NCBI GenBank assembly: GCA_964556125.1
Contig: CAZKUW010000002.1
Span: forward strand, 37,380 to 101,379
Direction: 5' to 3'
Source of the DNA: an uncultured Candidatus Saccharibacteria bacterium
GTDB lineage: Bacteria; Patescibacteriota; Saccharimonadia; Saccharimonadales; Saccharimonadaceae
Length of the DNA stretch: 64,000 nucleotides
In this document: piece by piece, positions 18,961 through 28,177 of the stretch
How positions within the stretch are numbered: position 1 is the stretch's first letter
Layout of the letters: each line of letters starts with the position of its first letter
The notes under the pieces: model-generated
The model's database searches: none
What the model saw: the letters and a program-made list of their open reading frames with translations, nothing else
Told to the model about the DNA's origin: nothing
Program-made: the position numbers and the translations under genes

Positions 18961-19251
18961 ATGGCTTTTGACCAAGTAAAAATGTTGAACCAATTACGTA
19001 AAGCACAAAATGAATTGAAAAAAGAAGTTGTTGAAGTTGAAGCAGGTGATGGCGCAGTTGTCGTCCAAATTACTGGTGAGATCAAGATTAAGAAAATCAC
19101 CATCGATCCAGAACGAGTTGATGTTGATGACATCGGAGAACTTGAACACTGGATTGAAATTGCAGTCCGCGATGGCCTCGTAAAAGCACAAGAGATCGCT
19201 GCTGAAAAAATGAAACCCCTCATGGGTGGACTTGGCAACCTAGGACTCTAG
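18961..19251 (+). CDS. ybaB: nucleoid-associated protein YbaB/EbfC
   Basis: 96 aa. MLNQLRKAQNELKK...VEVEAGDGAVVVQITGE.KI..I.IDPE. Adjacent to recR as in most bacteria. Confidence 0.88.
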   Translation: MAFDQVKMLNQLRKAQNELKKEVVEVEAGDGAVVVQITGEIKIKKITIDPERVDVDDIGELEHWIEIAVRDGLVKAQEIAAEKMKPLMGGLGNLGL

Positions 19252-19253
19252 TC

Positions 19254-19868
19254 GTGGCACATTTGCTGCCTGTTGCGCTTGAGAAATTAATCGACGAACT
19301 AGGACATCTTCCTGGCGTTGGGGCGCGTACCGCTGAAAGGTACGCCTACTACCTTTTGCGCGCAGAACAGCGTATAAACGACGGGCTGGCGACTGCTATC
19401 CATGATGTTCACTCTCAAGTGAAGACCTGCCCGATCACCTTTGCACTCATCGATGCTGACGAAGAGGTCTCTGAGCTCTACAGTGATCCAGATCGTGACA
19501 AAACACTCATCGCAGTCGTCGAAGAACCGCTCGATATCGTAGCACTCGAACGAACGGGGCAATTTAAGGGAACGTATCACGTCCTTGGTGGGGCAATAAG
19601 TCCTATTGACGGTATTGGTCCTGAGCAACTGCATATCCCCGAACTTCTGAAACGTATTACCGACGATGAGGTAAAAGAAATTATTATCGCTACAAATGCC
19701 AGCGTTGAAGGGGAGTCTACAGCACTCTTTTTGCAACGACATGTTCTCGATGCTGGCCTTAAGGTGATAATGAGCCGCTTGGCACGGGGTATTCCTGTCG
19801 GTGTGGATCTTGAGTACGCCGATCAGATCACTTTAACACATGCACTTGAAGGCCGTCGTAGCTTGTAA
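19254..19868 (+). CDS. recR: recombination protein RecR (degenerate zinc finger)
   Basis: GTG start. LIDELGHLPGVGARTAERYAYYLL (HhH) and Toprim VVEEPLDIVALERTG.F.G.YHVLGG. Only one Cys lies where the C4 finger normally sits. Confidence 0.88.
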   Translation: MAHLLPVALEKLIDELGHLPGVGARTAERYAYYLLRAEQRINDGLATAIHDVHSQVKTCPITFALIDADEEVSELYSDPDRDKTLIAVVEEPLDIVALERTGQFKGTYHVLGGAISPIDGIGPEQLHIPELLKRITDDEVKEIIIATNASVEGESTALFLQRHVLDAGLKVIMSRLARGIPVGVDLEYADQITLTHALEGRRSL

Positions 19869-19939
19869 ATATAGTACTTTAATGGTATAAATACCATTAA
19901 GCCTCATCCCGTAGGTCTATCGATTCCCTTGGAGGAAAA

Positions 19940-20599
19940 GTGTTCCGTACCATCTTTGGCAAGCGCTGGCTGCAGACTCATATCTACATGACCCGCATGT
20001 TGGATAACGCCATCGAGCACCGCTACGAGAAGCACAGCGTCCTCATCGGAACGCTGCTCCTCGTCGCCGCTCTCAGTGTCGTGCCGCTCTCCGTCTACGG
20101 ACTTCAGTCCGGCAGCTTCGGGCCCGACCTGGCGTTTCTGCTGGCAGTCATCGGCCTGTTCTGCGTCTACATCGGCGTGCACAATCTTCGGATTCGCCGT
20201 GTCCACGAGATCCTGATCAAGAACTCCACGAGTGAGTGGCGCTACCGCTACCTCTTCAGTGAAGACGACTTGATCTACCAGTCGATCATGTTCCCGTCCT
20301 ACGTCGAGTACCTGGACGGACGAGATCGCGAGAGCATCAACATGGAGGCTTGGTGTATCCTCCAGGACTACGCGCGTTCGGCGCTCGACCACTGGGAGAT
20401 CATCAACATCGAGATGGCGCACCCCGATTGCAGTGACTCCGAGAGAATACAACTCGAGGAAGAGCAACAGGAGTACATCCATTCGATCGCCCATGCGGCT
20501 GGAATCCGCATCGCCGCACTGCTGGGACTCGATCCGGGCTCGTTCTTCAGAGACCGTGCTCGGATGATCGTCAAGAGCCGGCGACCCAACAACAAGTAG
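19940..20599 (+). CDS. GC-rich islet D: two-TM membrane protein (219 aa)
   Basis: GGAGGA RBS followed by GTG 19940. GC3-rich in this frame. TM helices VLIGTLLLVAALSVVPLSVYGL and LAFLLAVIGLFCVYIGV are followed by a soluble C-terminal domain. Confidence 0.6.
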   Translation: MFRTIFGKRWLQTHIYMTRMLDNAIEHRYEKHSVLIGTLLLVAALSVVPLSVYGLQSGSFGPDLAFLLAVIGLFCVYIGVHNLRIRRVHEILIKNSTSEWRYRYLFSEDDLIYQSIMFPSYVEYLDGRDRESINMEAWCILQDYARSALDHWEIINIEMAHPDCSDSERIQLEEEQQEYIHSIAHAAGIRIAALLGLDPGSFFRDRARMIVKSRRPNNK

Positions 20600-20614
20600 A
20601 CCACGGAGACGGCT

Positions 20615-20660
20615 CAGGCGTCTGGCACGAACGGTACCCCCGATCGTTGCCAGGCGCCTG
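20615..20660 (+). terminator. GC-rich hairpin after islet D
   Basis: CAGGCGTCTGGCA...(20 nt)...TGCCAGGCGCCTG: a 13-bp stem with one G.U pair, followed by TCTTCAATTT. Confidence 0.45.
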
Positions 20661-20688
20661 TCTTCAATTTCTGTTACAATAAGACCCA

Positions 20689-21684
20689 ATGTTCGATAAA
20701 GCAAAAAATCTTATTACCGAGGCAAAAAAAATTGTCATCATTCAAGCTGAAAACCCTGACGGTGATTCTCTTGGTAGTGCACTGGGCTTAGAAGAAATTT
20801 TAGGTGATCTTGGCAAAGAAGTCAGCCTCTACTGCGACGTCGAGACCCCAAAATACCTCCGCTACATAAACGGCTGGGATCGTGTCAGCCAAGACTTTGA
20901 TACGTCCGCTGATCTTGCTATTATCGTCGACACCAGCAGTGAGACACTTATCGGAAAATCATTGGACATACCAGGTGTGCGTCATTTCTATGAAACCCAC
21001 CCAGTTCTTGTGATTGACCACCATAATCTTGTTGAATCAACTCTAAGCTTTGAACACACGCTCTTAAACGAAAAGGCTGTTGCTGCCGGTGAACTACTGT
21101 ATTACATGGCAAAAGATGCTGGATGGGCTATCAACCCTGCAGGCGCTGAAGCGATGCTCGCCGGAATCTTATCAGATAGCCTCGGGCTTTCGACTCAAAA
21201 CACTACTGCAGAGTCATATGAAGCCGCAGCGGGCCTTGTCCGCCTCGGAGCTGACCCTCACGCACTCGAATCACGTCGTCGTGAGTTTATGAAAAAGTCA
21301 GCTGAGATTCTTGCCTACAAAGGACGTCTGCTCGAACGAATCGAGTATTTCCTCGACGGGAGACTCGCCCTTATTCATGTGCCCTGGGAAGAGATCCAAG
21401 AATTTAGCGATCAGTATAATCCGAGTGTCCTTGTGCTCGATGAAATGCGTCTCGTTGAAGGGGTGCAGTTAGCAATTGCTATCAAGACCTACCCTGATGG
21501 TAAACTCACCGGTAAACTCCGCAGTAATGCACCGATTTCAGAACAAGTCGCTGGTTTCTTCGGTGGTGGCGGCCATGCATATTCTGCAGGCTTCCGTGTC
21601 TTCGAAGAATATGACAAAATAATTTCAGAATTACTAACAGCTACAGACAAGGCTCTCAACAATCATGACGCTTCGCTTTCATAA
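20689..21684 (+). CDS. DHH/DHHA1 phosphoesterase (NrnA-like)
   Basis: ENPDGDSLGS, IVDTS, VIDHH and GGGGHAYSAG motifs. Confidence 0.8.
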   Translation: MFDKAKNLITEAKKIVIIQAENPDGDSLGSALGLEEILGDLGKEVSLYCDVETPKYLRYINGWDRVSQDFDTSADLAIIVDTSSETLIGKSLDIPGVRHFYETHPVLVIDHHNLVESTLSFEHTLLNEKAVAAGELLYYMAKDAGWAINPAGAEAMLAGILSDSLGLSTQNTTAESYEAAAGLVRLGADPHALESRRREFMKKSAEILAYKGRLLERIEYFLDGRLALIHVPWEEIQEFSDQYNPSVLVLDEMRLVEGVQLAIAIKTYPDGKLTGKLRSNAPISEQVAGFFGGGGHAYSAGFRVFEEYDKIISELLTATDKALNNHDASLS

Positions 21685-23125
21685 CCAACTCAGCAAACAA
21701 GTAGACGATTTTACGCCACTGGTTGATGGTAAAGCGACTCTATACACTTGTGGCCCAACTGTCTATGACTATCCTCATGTCGGTAACTGGTCTGGATACA
21801 TCTATTGGGATATCCTCGTCCGAGTCCTACGTGCAAACGACCTTCAGGTGACTCGAGTGATGAACATCACCGATGTTGGCCACTTGGTGAGCGATGCAGA
21901 TGACGGCGAAGACAAGCTCGAGAAGGGTGCTCGTCGTGAAGGAAAAACCGCTTGGGAAGTCGCAGCCTTTTATACTGCGGACTTTATGAAGGGTATCGAA
22001 CGTCTTGGCCTGATCAAGCCTGACCACATCACCAAAGCCACCGACTTTATCGAGGAACAGTTAGCGCTTGTACGAACATTGAAAGAGAAAGGTTTTACCT
22101 ACGAAATCGATGATGGTATTTATTTTGATACATCGAAATTTCCATCCTATGATGATTTTGCCGATCTAAATCTTGAAGCTCAAAAAGCAGGGGCACGAGT
22201 CGAATTTAATCCTGAAAAAAGGAACCATAGCGACTTTGCACTTTGGAAATTCACCCCAAGCGGTGAAAAGCGGGACATGGAATGGGACACTCCTTCTGAT
22301 CTTATCGAAGCAGGTGAGACACGACGAGGATTTCCTGGTTGGCATCTCGAGTGTTCAGCTATGGCGATGTCTCTCTTAGGTGAGACTCTCGACCTACACA
22401 CAGGCGGTATCGACCACATCCCCGTACACCACACAAATGAAATTGCTCAATCTGAAGGTGCAACAGGCGTTCGATTCACAAACTATTGGGTACACAACAA
22501 CCACCTAAAGGTGAACGGAACAAAAATTAGTAAATCTCTTGAAAATGGCTTTACACTTGATGACCTTGAGAAGAAGGGATATAGTCCACTCGACTTTCGA
22601 CTTTTTGTTCTCCAAAGTCATTACCGAACTGAAGGCAATTTCACTTTTGAGAATCTAGAAGCTGCAAAGAATCGTCTCCTCAATTGGCGTAACGTCGCCG
22701 CACTACGCCATCAAACACACGACACAATTCGTGACGACGACGAGAAATCAACCGATGACAAGACAGTATCACTCTATGCGGCCTCTCAGGCACTCGTAGA
22801 GACTCTTTCAAATGATCTTGATACTCCTGAAGCATTTAAAATAATCGATGATGCCTTTAGTCGTATTCTTGGCGTATCAGTCGGTGACATCCACCAACAT
22901 GCTTTAACGAGCTTCCTTGAAACCATCGACGATCTTCTTGGTCTACAATTACTCAAAACAACTCCGGACATTGACGATGATGTCAAAAGACTCATTGTTG
23001 AGCGAGAACGTGCTCGAGAGAACAAAGACTGGAAGGCTTCAGATAGCCTCCGAGCAGACATAGAAAAAAGCGGCATCACTGTTCGTGACACCGCCAATGG
23101 TTCAATCTGGGAATATAGCAGCTAA
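21665..23125 (+). CDS. cysS: cysteine--tRNA ligase
   Basis: YTCGPTVYDYPHVGN (HIGH-like), GWHLECSAM and KISKS (KMSKS). Overlaps the upstream gene by 20 nt. Confidence 0.9.
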   Translation: MTLRFHNQLSKQVDDFTPLVDGKATLYTCGPTVYDYPHVGNWSGYIYWDILVRVLRANDLQVTRVMNITDVGHLVSDADDGEDKLEKGARREGKTAWEVAAFYTADFMKGIERLGLIKPDHITKATDFIEEQLALVRTLKEKGFTYEIDDGIYFDTSKFPSYDDFADLNLEAQKAGARVEFNPEKRNHSDFALWKFTPSGEKRDMEWDTPSDLIEAGETRRGFPGWHLECSAMAMSLLGETLDLHTGGIDHIPVHHTNEIAQSEGATGVRFTNYWVHNNHLKVNGTKISKSLENGFTLDDLEKKGYSPLDFRLFVLQSHYRTEGNFTFENLEAAKNRLLNWRNVAALRHQTHDTIRDDDEKSTDDKTVSLYAASQALVETLSNDLDTPEAFKIIDDAFSRILGVSVGDIHQHALTSFLETIDDLLGLQLLKTTPDIDDDVKRLIVERERARENKDWKASDSLRADIEKSGITVRDTANGSIWEYSS

Positions 23126-24255
23126 GCTTTTGCTTCCGTCTTCGTCGTTATTTCGGCATCTGGAATCTTTGGAAGTTTATTTGCCTTGCGAAGCATAAGG
23201 TGCTCATCGATCAGTACTCGGATAGTTCCAGCGATTGGAATCGCGATGATACCACCAACAATACCGAACATGTAGAGTCCAACGGTGATTGCCACCAAGA
23301 CTGCTAATGCAGAAAGCTCGTTCTTACGCGCTTGGATGTGTGGCGCTATGAAGTTGTTTTCGATCTGTTGGTAGACAATGAAGTAGATCAAGTAAACGAT
23401 TGCAGCCGGCAAACTACTGAATGCCAAGAGGATAAGGATGATACCCGCACCAATCGTAGAACCGAACATTGGGATCAATGAAAGAGTGAAGGTAACCGCA
23501 ACCGCTGGCATCGCGAGGTTAGCAGGTAATGCTGGGAATATGAGACTCAGCACGAAGATCGTGAAGCCGGCCAGTGTTGCACCGATCGTCGATACGGTCA
23601 ATTGTCCAGTAATGTAGCCTTGGATAACCCCATAAATACGCCCAAGAACTCGCTTGTGAGTTTCCATGCGCTTTTTATTCGCATACATGCTCCACATTTG
23701 TTTCATCCAACCCGGTCCTTCGATGAGCATCAAGAAGGTAAGCACCAGCACTAAGAACAATGAGAAGAGGAACGTGACGATAGAACCGATCCCGGTGACG
23801 ACACTTTTTCCGACGTTGCTTGCCCATCCAGCAGCACTATCTTTAACCGAGTTCACCGCGCTATCAACCTGTGGTTGTAAGTTATATTGGTCAATCACCC
23901 CGCGGAGACCGTCCCACGACTTAGTGGCGGTATCAACAAAGGTAGGTAATGTTTGCGCAAATTTAGCGGTCTGTTGAATGACTGGTGGAATGACTAGGAA
24001 CACGATCGCTCCAAGGAGTAAAACGATCGCGACATAGGCAATTGCTGTTGCCCCGACTCGGCTTTTACCTGGCAGGCGTTTTGCGATTTGTGAGACTGGC
24101 CCATTCAATGCAAGCGCCAAAAACAGTGAAGCGCCGACAATAATAAGTGCAACTCGAGCGTTATAGGCGAGATAGCCAATGAGGCCCAATGCAATAACGA
24201 CTACCCAAAAACGTACAAACGTGCGCGTATCAATATGTACAGTGCTATTCTTCAT
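23122..24255 (-). CDS. AI-2E/PerM family membrane transporter
   Basis: 377 aa from the internal ATG 24255 (MKNSTVHIDTR...), multi-TM, with a C-terminal IAIPIAGTIRVLIDE typical of the family. The track ORF is extended to 24432. Confidence 0.7.
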   Translation of the reverse strand: MKNSTVHIDTRTFVRFWVVVIALGLIGYLAYNARVALIIVGASLFLALALNGPVSQIAKRLPGKSRVGATAIAYVAIVLLLGAIVFLVIPPVIQQTAKFAQTLPTFVDTATKSWDGLRGVIDQYNLQPQVDSAVNSVKDSAAGWASNVGKSVVTGIGSIVTFLFSLFLVLVLTFLMLIEGPGWMKQMWSMYANKKRMETHKRVLGRIYGVIQGYITGQLTVSTIGATLAGFTIFVLSLIFPALPANLAMPAVAVTFTLSLIPMFGSTIGAGIILILLAFSSLPAAIVYLIYFIVYQQIENNFIAPHIQARKNELSALAVLVAITVGLYMFGIVGGIIAIPIAGTIRVLIDEHLMLRKANKLPKIPDAEITTKTEAKA

Positions 24256-24337
24256 GGTTCGTATTATACACATATTCGGATGAAAGAAGTAGTTCAGCTC
24301 TGGCAAGATGCTTATCCTTAGGCTATAGTGTTGGTAT

Positions 24338-26002
24338 ATGGACGAACTTCTACGAAAACTACGCACGATTTTTGAAGGTGAGATTTTAACTGACGATATC
24401 ACACGGGCAAATTTTAGCCACGACGCAAGCATTTATGAGCTAGTTCCGGAAGCGGTACTCTCACCGAAGAACGCAAAAGATATTGAAACACTCGTCAAGT
24501 TTGTCAATAAAAATAAAAAATTACACCCCAGCCTTTCAATTACTCCTCGCAGCGCTGGGACTGACATGTCGGGAGCAGCGATTGGTAACTCTTTGGTGAT
24601 TGATATGCTAAAGCACTTCAATCAGATCGAAGGGCTATCGGGAAAGATTCTCCATACACAACCTGGCGTCTATATGCGTGATATCGATCCTTTCTTAGCG
24701 AAAGAAAATCTAATGCTTGGTTGTGTTCCGGCGAGCCGTGCCATCAATACGATTGGCGGTATGGTCGGCAACAACTCGGGTGGTGAACAATCGCTTCGAT
24801 ATGGCAACACTGAACGCTCTGTACGTGAATTAAAGGTTGTTCTCGCTGACGGAAACGAATACCTGGTGAAACCTTTAACCAAGAAACAACTCGAACTAAA
24901 GATTAAACAAAAGACCTACGAATCTGAACTGTACCGAAAAGTATATGAAATGATCGAAGCAAATTACGATCTTATTAAAAATGCCCGCCCTCACGTCAAT
25001 AAGAACTCGATGGGGTACAACCTATGGAGTGTCTGGGATCGTGGCACAGGTATCTTCGACTTAACACATCTCTTCACAGGCAGCCAAGGAACACTAGGCA
25101 TTATTACTGACATTAAGATCGAGGCTGTCGAAAAAGCACCACACGAAGGACTCCTGCTGGCATATCTCCCATCTCTCAAACATCTCGGTGAGATTATCCC
25201 CCTGGTTATGAAGCATCAACCATCAACCTTTGAAGGTTTTGATGATATTACATTCAACCTCGGTATCCGCTATTTCTCAACCTTCCGTAAACAGCTAGGG
25301 ATGAAAGAATGGGCCCGTCAACAGGCATCACTCCTTGGTTCGGTCGCAAAGTTCAAAGGCCACCTTCCAAATCTTCTCCTTATGATTGAGTTTGAAGGTC
25401 AAACAAAAGAAGAAGTCTACAAAAAGATATCGATCATGCACGATGCGCTAAAGCATTTCCCTATAAAAATGGATATCGAAGGCGATGAAGCATCAGAAGC
25501 GCCTTTTTGGCAGATTCGTCGAGCAGCACTTGCACTGCTTCGTAATCGTGTTCACGACAAGTACGCCTCTCCGTTCATTGATGACATGACCGTCCAGCCA
25601 AAGCACTTGCCTAAGTTTGTTCCCGAACTCCGTAAGGTCATCCGAAAATATAAACTCCCTGCGACCGTTCAAGGTCACTTTGGTGATGGCAACTTCCACG
25701 TCATCCCATTGTTGGATATTGCCGGAACGAAGGACCAACTGAAGCTTGAGCCAGTAATGCGTGAGCTTATCCCGATTGTGCTCAAGTACGGGGGTACAAT
25801 GGCAGGCGAACACAATGACGGTATGGTACGAGGTCCGTGGCTCCCTGCCGTCTTTGGTAACGAAATGTTTGCCATCTTTAAAGACGTCAAAGAACTCTTC
25901 GATCCAAACTTCATCTTCAACCCACATAAAAAGACTGACGCAGCCTGGGAATATAGCATGGATCACGTCCGAACTACGAATCAGAACGGCTGGATAAAAT
26001 AG
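24338..26002 (+). CDS. FAD-binding oxidoreductase (GlcD/D-lactate dehydrogenase-like)
   Basis: PRSAGTDMSGAAIGNSLVIDM (FAD_binding_4-like) and the C-terminal GHFGDGNFHV...GGTMAGEHNDG. Confidence 0.75.
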   Translation: MDELLRKLRTIFEGEILTDDITRANFSHDASIYELVPEAVLSPKNAKDIETLVKFVNKNKKLHPSLSITPRSAGTDMSGAAIGNSLVIDMLKHFNQIEGLSGKILHTQPGVYMRDIDPFLAKENLMLGCVPASRAINTIGGMVGNNSGGEQSLRYGNTERSVRELKVVLADGNEYLVKPLTKKQLELKIKQKTYESELYRKVYEMIEANYDLIKNARPHVNKNSMGYNLWSVWDRGTGIFDLTHLFTGSQGTLGIITDIKIEAVEKAPHEGLLLAYLPSLKHLGEIIPLVMKHQPSTFEGFDDITFNLGIRYFSTFRKQLGMKEWARQQASLLGSVAKFKGHLPNLLLMIEFEGQTKEEVYKKISIMHDALKHFPIKMDIEGDEASEAPFWQIRRAALALLRNRVHDKYASPFIDDMTVQPKHLPKFVPELRKVIRKYKLPATVQGHFGDGNFHVIPLLDIAGTKDQLKLEPVMRELIPIVLKYGGTMAGEHNDGMVRGPWLPAVFGNEMFAIFKDVKELFDPNFIFNPHKKTDAAWEYSMDHVRTTNQNGWIK

Positions 26003-26026
26003 CTTTTTGACGATTCAAGCTAGATA

Positions 26027-26365
26027 ATGTATAGTAAAGATACGATGAACAGTACCGAAACTGTCGGCTGTGTCAAAGCAGCAACCAAAATCTTAGGTGA
26101 CAAATGGACACCCCAATTGCTGCGCTTCTTCGTCAACGAAGAAACCGTCCGTTTTTGTCAGATTCAAGATCTCGTTGAGGGGATAAACCCTCGGACGCTG
26201 TCAGCACGCTTAGATTACTTAGAATCTGAAGGAATAATCACAAAATCACCAACGACTTCAGATAGCCGATGTGAATACAGCTTAACTGAAAAAGGCTACG
26301 AGTTAGTGCCAATTCTTAAAGACATGGAAGCGTGGAGTGATCGCTACGCAACTGTCACAGCTTAA
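26027..26365 (+). CDS. HxlR-family transcriptional regulator
   Basis: ILGDKWTPQLLRFF....RFCQIQDLVEGINPRTLSARLDYLESEGII. Confidence 0.75.
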   Translation: MYSKDTMNSTETVGCVKAATKILGDKWTPQLLRFFVNEETVRFCQIQDLVEGINPRTLSARLDYLESEGIITKSPTTSDSRCEYSLTEKGYELVPILKDMEAWSDRYATVTA

Positions 26366-26428
26366 GACATTCTTAAGATCTTCCCAAAATTAAGTATTTT
26401 TTAAGGACTGCAGGGCTATACTTATTAT

Positions 26429-27100
26429 ATGAGAGTCCTGATTGTTGAAGATGAACATAAAATTGCACGAGCACTGAAAAAAGCGCTCGAGCAAGAGACC
26501 TATGCGGTAGATGTAGCATATGATGGCGACGAAGGCCACGCTATGGCCACCACGGAACCATATGATATTGCAATTATTGATCGGATGCTTCCAGGTGAAT
26601 ACGATGGACTTGGTATCGTGAAGGCTATGCGCGAAGCGAAAGTTCATACGCCTGTCTTATTCCTAAGTGCGCTGGGGAGTGTTGCTGAACGAACAGCAGG
26701 ACTTGATGCTGGTGCTGACGATTATTTAGTAAAACCATTCGCGCTCGAAGAACTACTGGCTCGCGTTCGTGCATTGCTACGTCGACCAACCGAACAACAG
26801 GCTACTATACTAAAAGCAGGGGACCTGACTCTCAATACCATCACCTATAGTGTTGAGCGCGGAGGCAAACCAGTCCAACTCACCAGTAAAGAATTCGCGT
26901 TACTTGAATACATGCTCAGAAACCCAGGCCGGCCATTGAGCAAAGAAATTATTATTAGCCATGTCTGGGATTATGATGCAGATATCCTCCCTAATACCGT
27001 CGAGGTATATATTAAATATCTCCGAAACAAAATCGATATTCCCTTTAAATCTGCGCTGATCCACACCGTTCGCGGTTTCGGCTATAAACTCGAGGCATAA
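26429..27100 (+). CDS. OmpR-family response regulator
   Basis: A receiver domain (RVLIVEDE...DIAIIDRMLPG) plus a winged-helix domain (LTSKEFALLEYMLRNPGRPLSKE...VRGFGYKL). Confidence 0.9.
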   Translation: MRVLIVEDEHKIARALKKALEQETYAVDVAYDGDEGHAMATTEPYDIAIIDRMLPGEYDGLGIVKAMREAKVHTPVLFLSALGSVAERTAGLDAGADDYLVKPFALEELLARVRALLRRPTEQQATILKAGDLTLNTITYSVERGGKPVQLTSKEFALLEYMLRNPGRPLSKEIIISHVWDYDADILPNTVEVYIKYLRNKIDIPFKSALIHTVRGFGYKLEA

Positions 27101-27103
27101 AAG

Positions 27104-28117
27104 ATGCAAATGTTCACCTCGGCAACACTCAAGCTGACTGGTTGGTACCTTGCTATCATCATGACGATCAGCATTTTTTTTAGTTTTGCTATTTACCAGA
27201 TAAACTTCCATGAGGTAAATGTCCGTCTGGAAAACCTCCAAAACGGCTTGATTAACACTCCAAGCTTCCGACCCATGATCCTCGATAATGATGGCACCAA
27301 CATTCGACAGGCACAATCCGACCAAGCAGCGCTACAAATGATCTTATCCCTCATCTATATCAATCTCATCATCTTGGTAGCAGGAGGTTTTGGTAGTCTA
27401 TTTCTCGCACGACGAACGTTACGGCCAATCCAAGAGGCTCACGAAGCGCAAAGTCGTTTCACCAGTGACGCCAGCCATGAACTTCGAACGCCGCTGACAG
27501 TCATTAAGGCTGAAATCGAGGTACTTCTTCGTGACAAGAAGATCGACCCAAAGGAAGCGAGAGAACTGCTCGAAAGCAATCTCGAAGAAGTCGAGAAACT
27601 CATTCAACTTTCTGAAATGCTTCTTAATCTATCGAGACTCGATGAAAATAACCTAGAAAAGAAGCAAGAGAATATACCTCAGCTTCTCGAGGCAACGCTC
27701 AAAACATTTAAAGCCTCGTCAAAAAGATTTGATATTACCACCCGTAAAAACGCATCAGCCTATGTCAACAAAGCCGCGATCATAGAACTCATGTCAATCT
27801 TGATCGATAATGCTTTGAAATATAGCGAACCAAAATCAAAGATCACTATACGAGTTTTTCAAAAACTCACCACATTAGGATTTGAAATCATTAATATAGG
27901 TCCTGCGATTAAAGAAGAGGCGCTACCTCACTTATTTGAAAGATTTTATCGTGGCGACGGCTCTCGCACTAACAGTAACAAAAACGGGTACGGCCTCGGG
28001 CTCGCCATCGCAAAGAAGATTGTTGATGTTCACGATGGAGAGATCCATGTTGAAAGTAAAAATGGAAAAACAGTTTTTACGTTTTATCTGCCAATTCTCA
28101 GAATCCCTAAAGCATAA
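27104..28117 (+). CDS. sensor histidine kinase
   Basis: Two TM helices, H-box FTSDASHELRTPLT, N-box LIDNALKYS and G-box GYGLGLAIAKKIV. Confidence 0.9.
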   Translation: MQMFTSATLKLTGWYLAIIMTISIFFSFAIYQINFHEVNVRLENLQNGLINTPSFRPMILDNDGTNIRQAQSDQAALQMILSLIYINLIILVAGGFGSLFLARRTLRPIQEAHEAQSRFTSDASHELRTPLTVIKAEIEVLLRDKKIDPKEARELLESNLEEVEKLIQLSEMLLNLSRLDENNLEKKQENIPQLLEATLKTFKASSKRFDITTRKNASAYVNKAAIIELMSILIDNALKYSEPKSKITIRVFQKLTTLGFEIINIGPAIKEEALPHLFERFYRGDGSRTNSNKNGYGLGLAIAKKIVDVHDGEIHVESKNGKTVFTFYLPILRIPKA

Positions 28118-28177
28118 GTTCAGTATTAAAGAATACACTCAGTCTATCATCTACAAATAATAAAAGGAGATAGACAG

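Noticed and set aside
19904-20704. 266-aa minus-strand ORF spanning islet D (the longest ORF there)
   Set aside because: It is the reverse complement of a GC3-rich coding frame, with Arg/Asp/Val/Leu-dominated composition, no RBS and no TM or domain logic. The plus-strand ORF has a GGAGGA-GTG start and clean TM helices.
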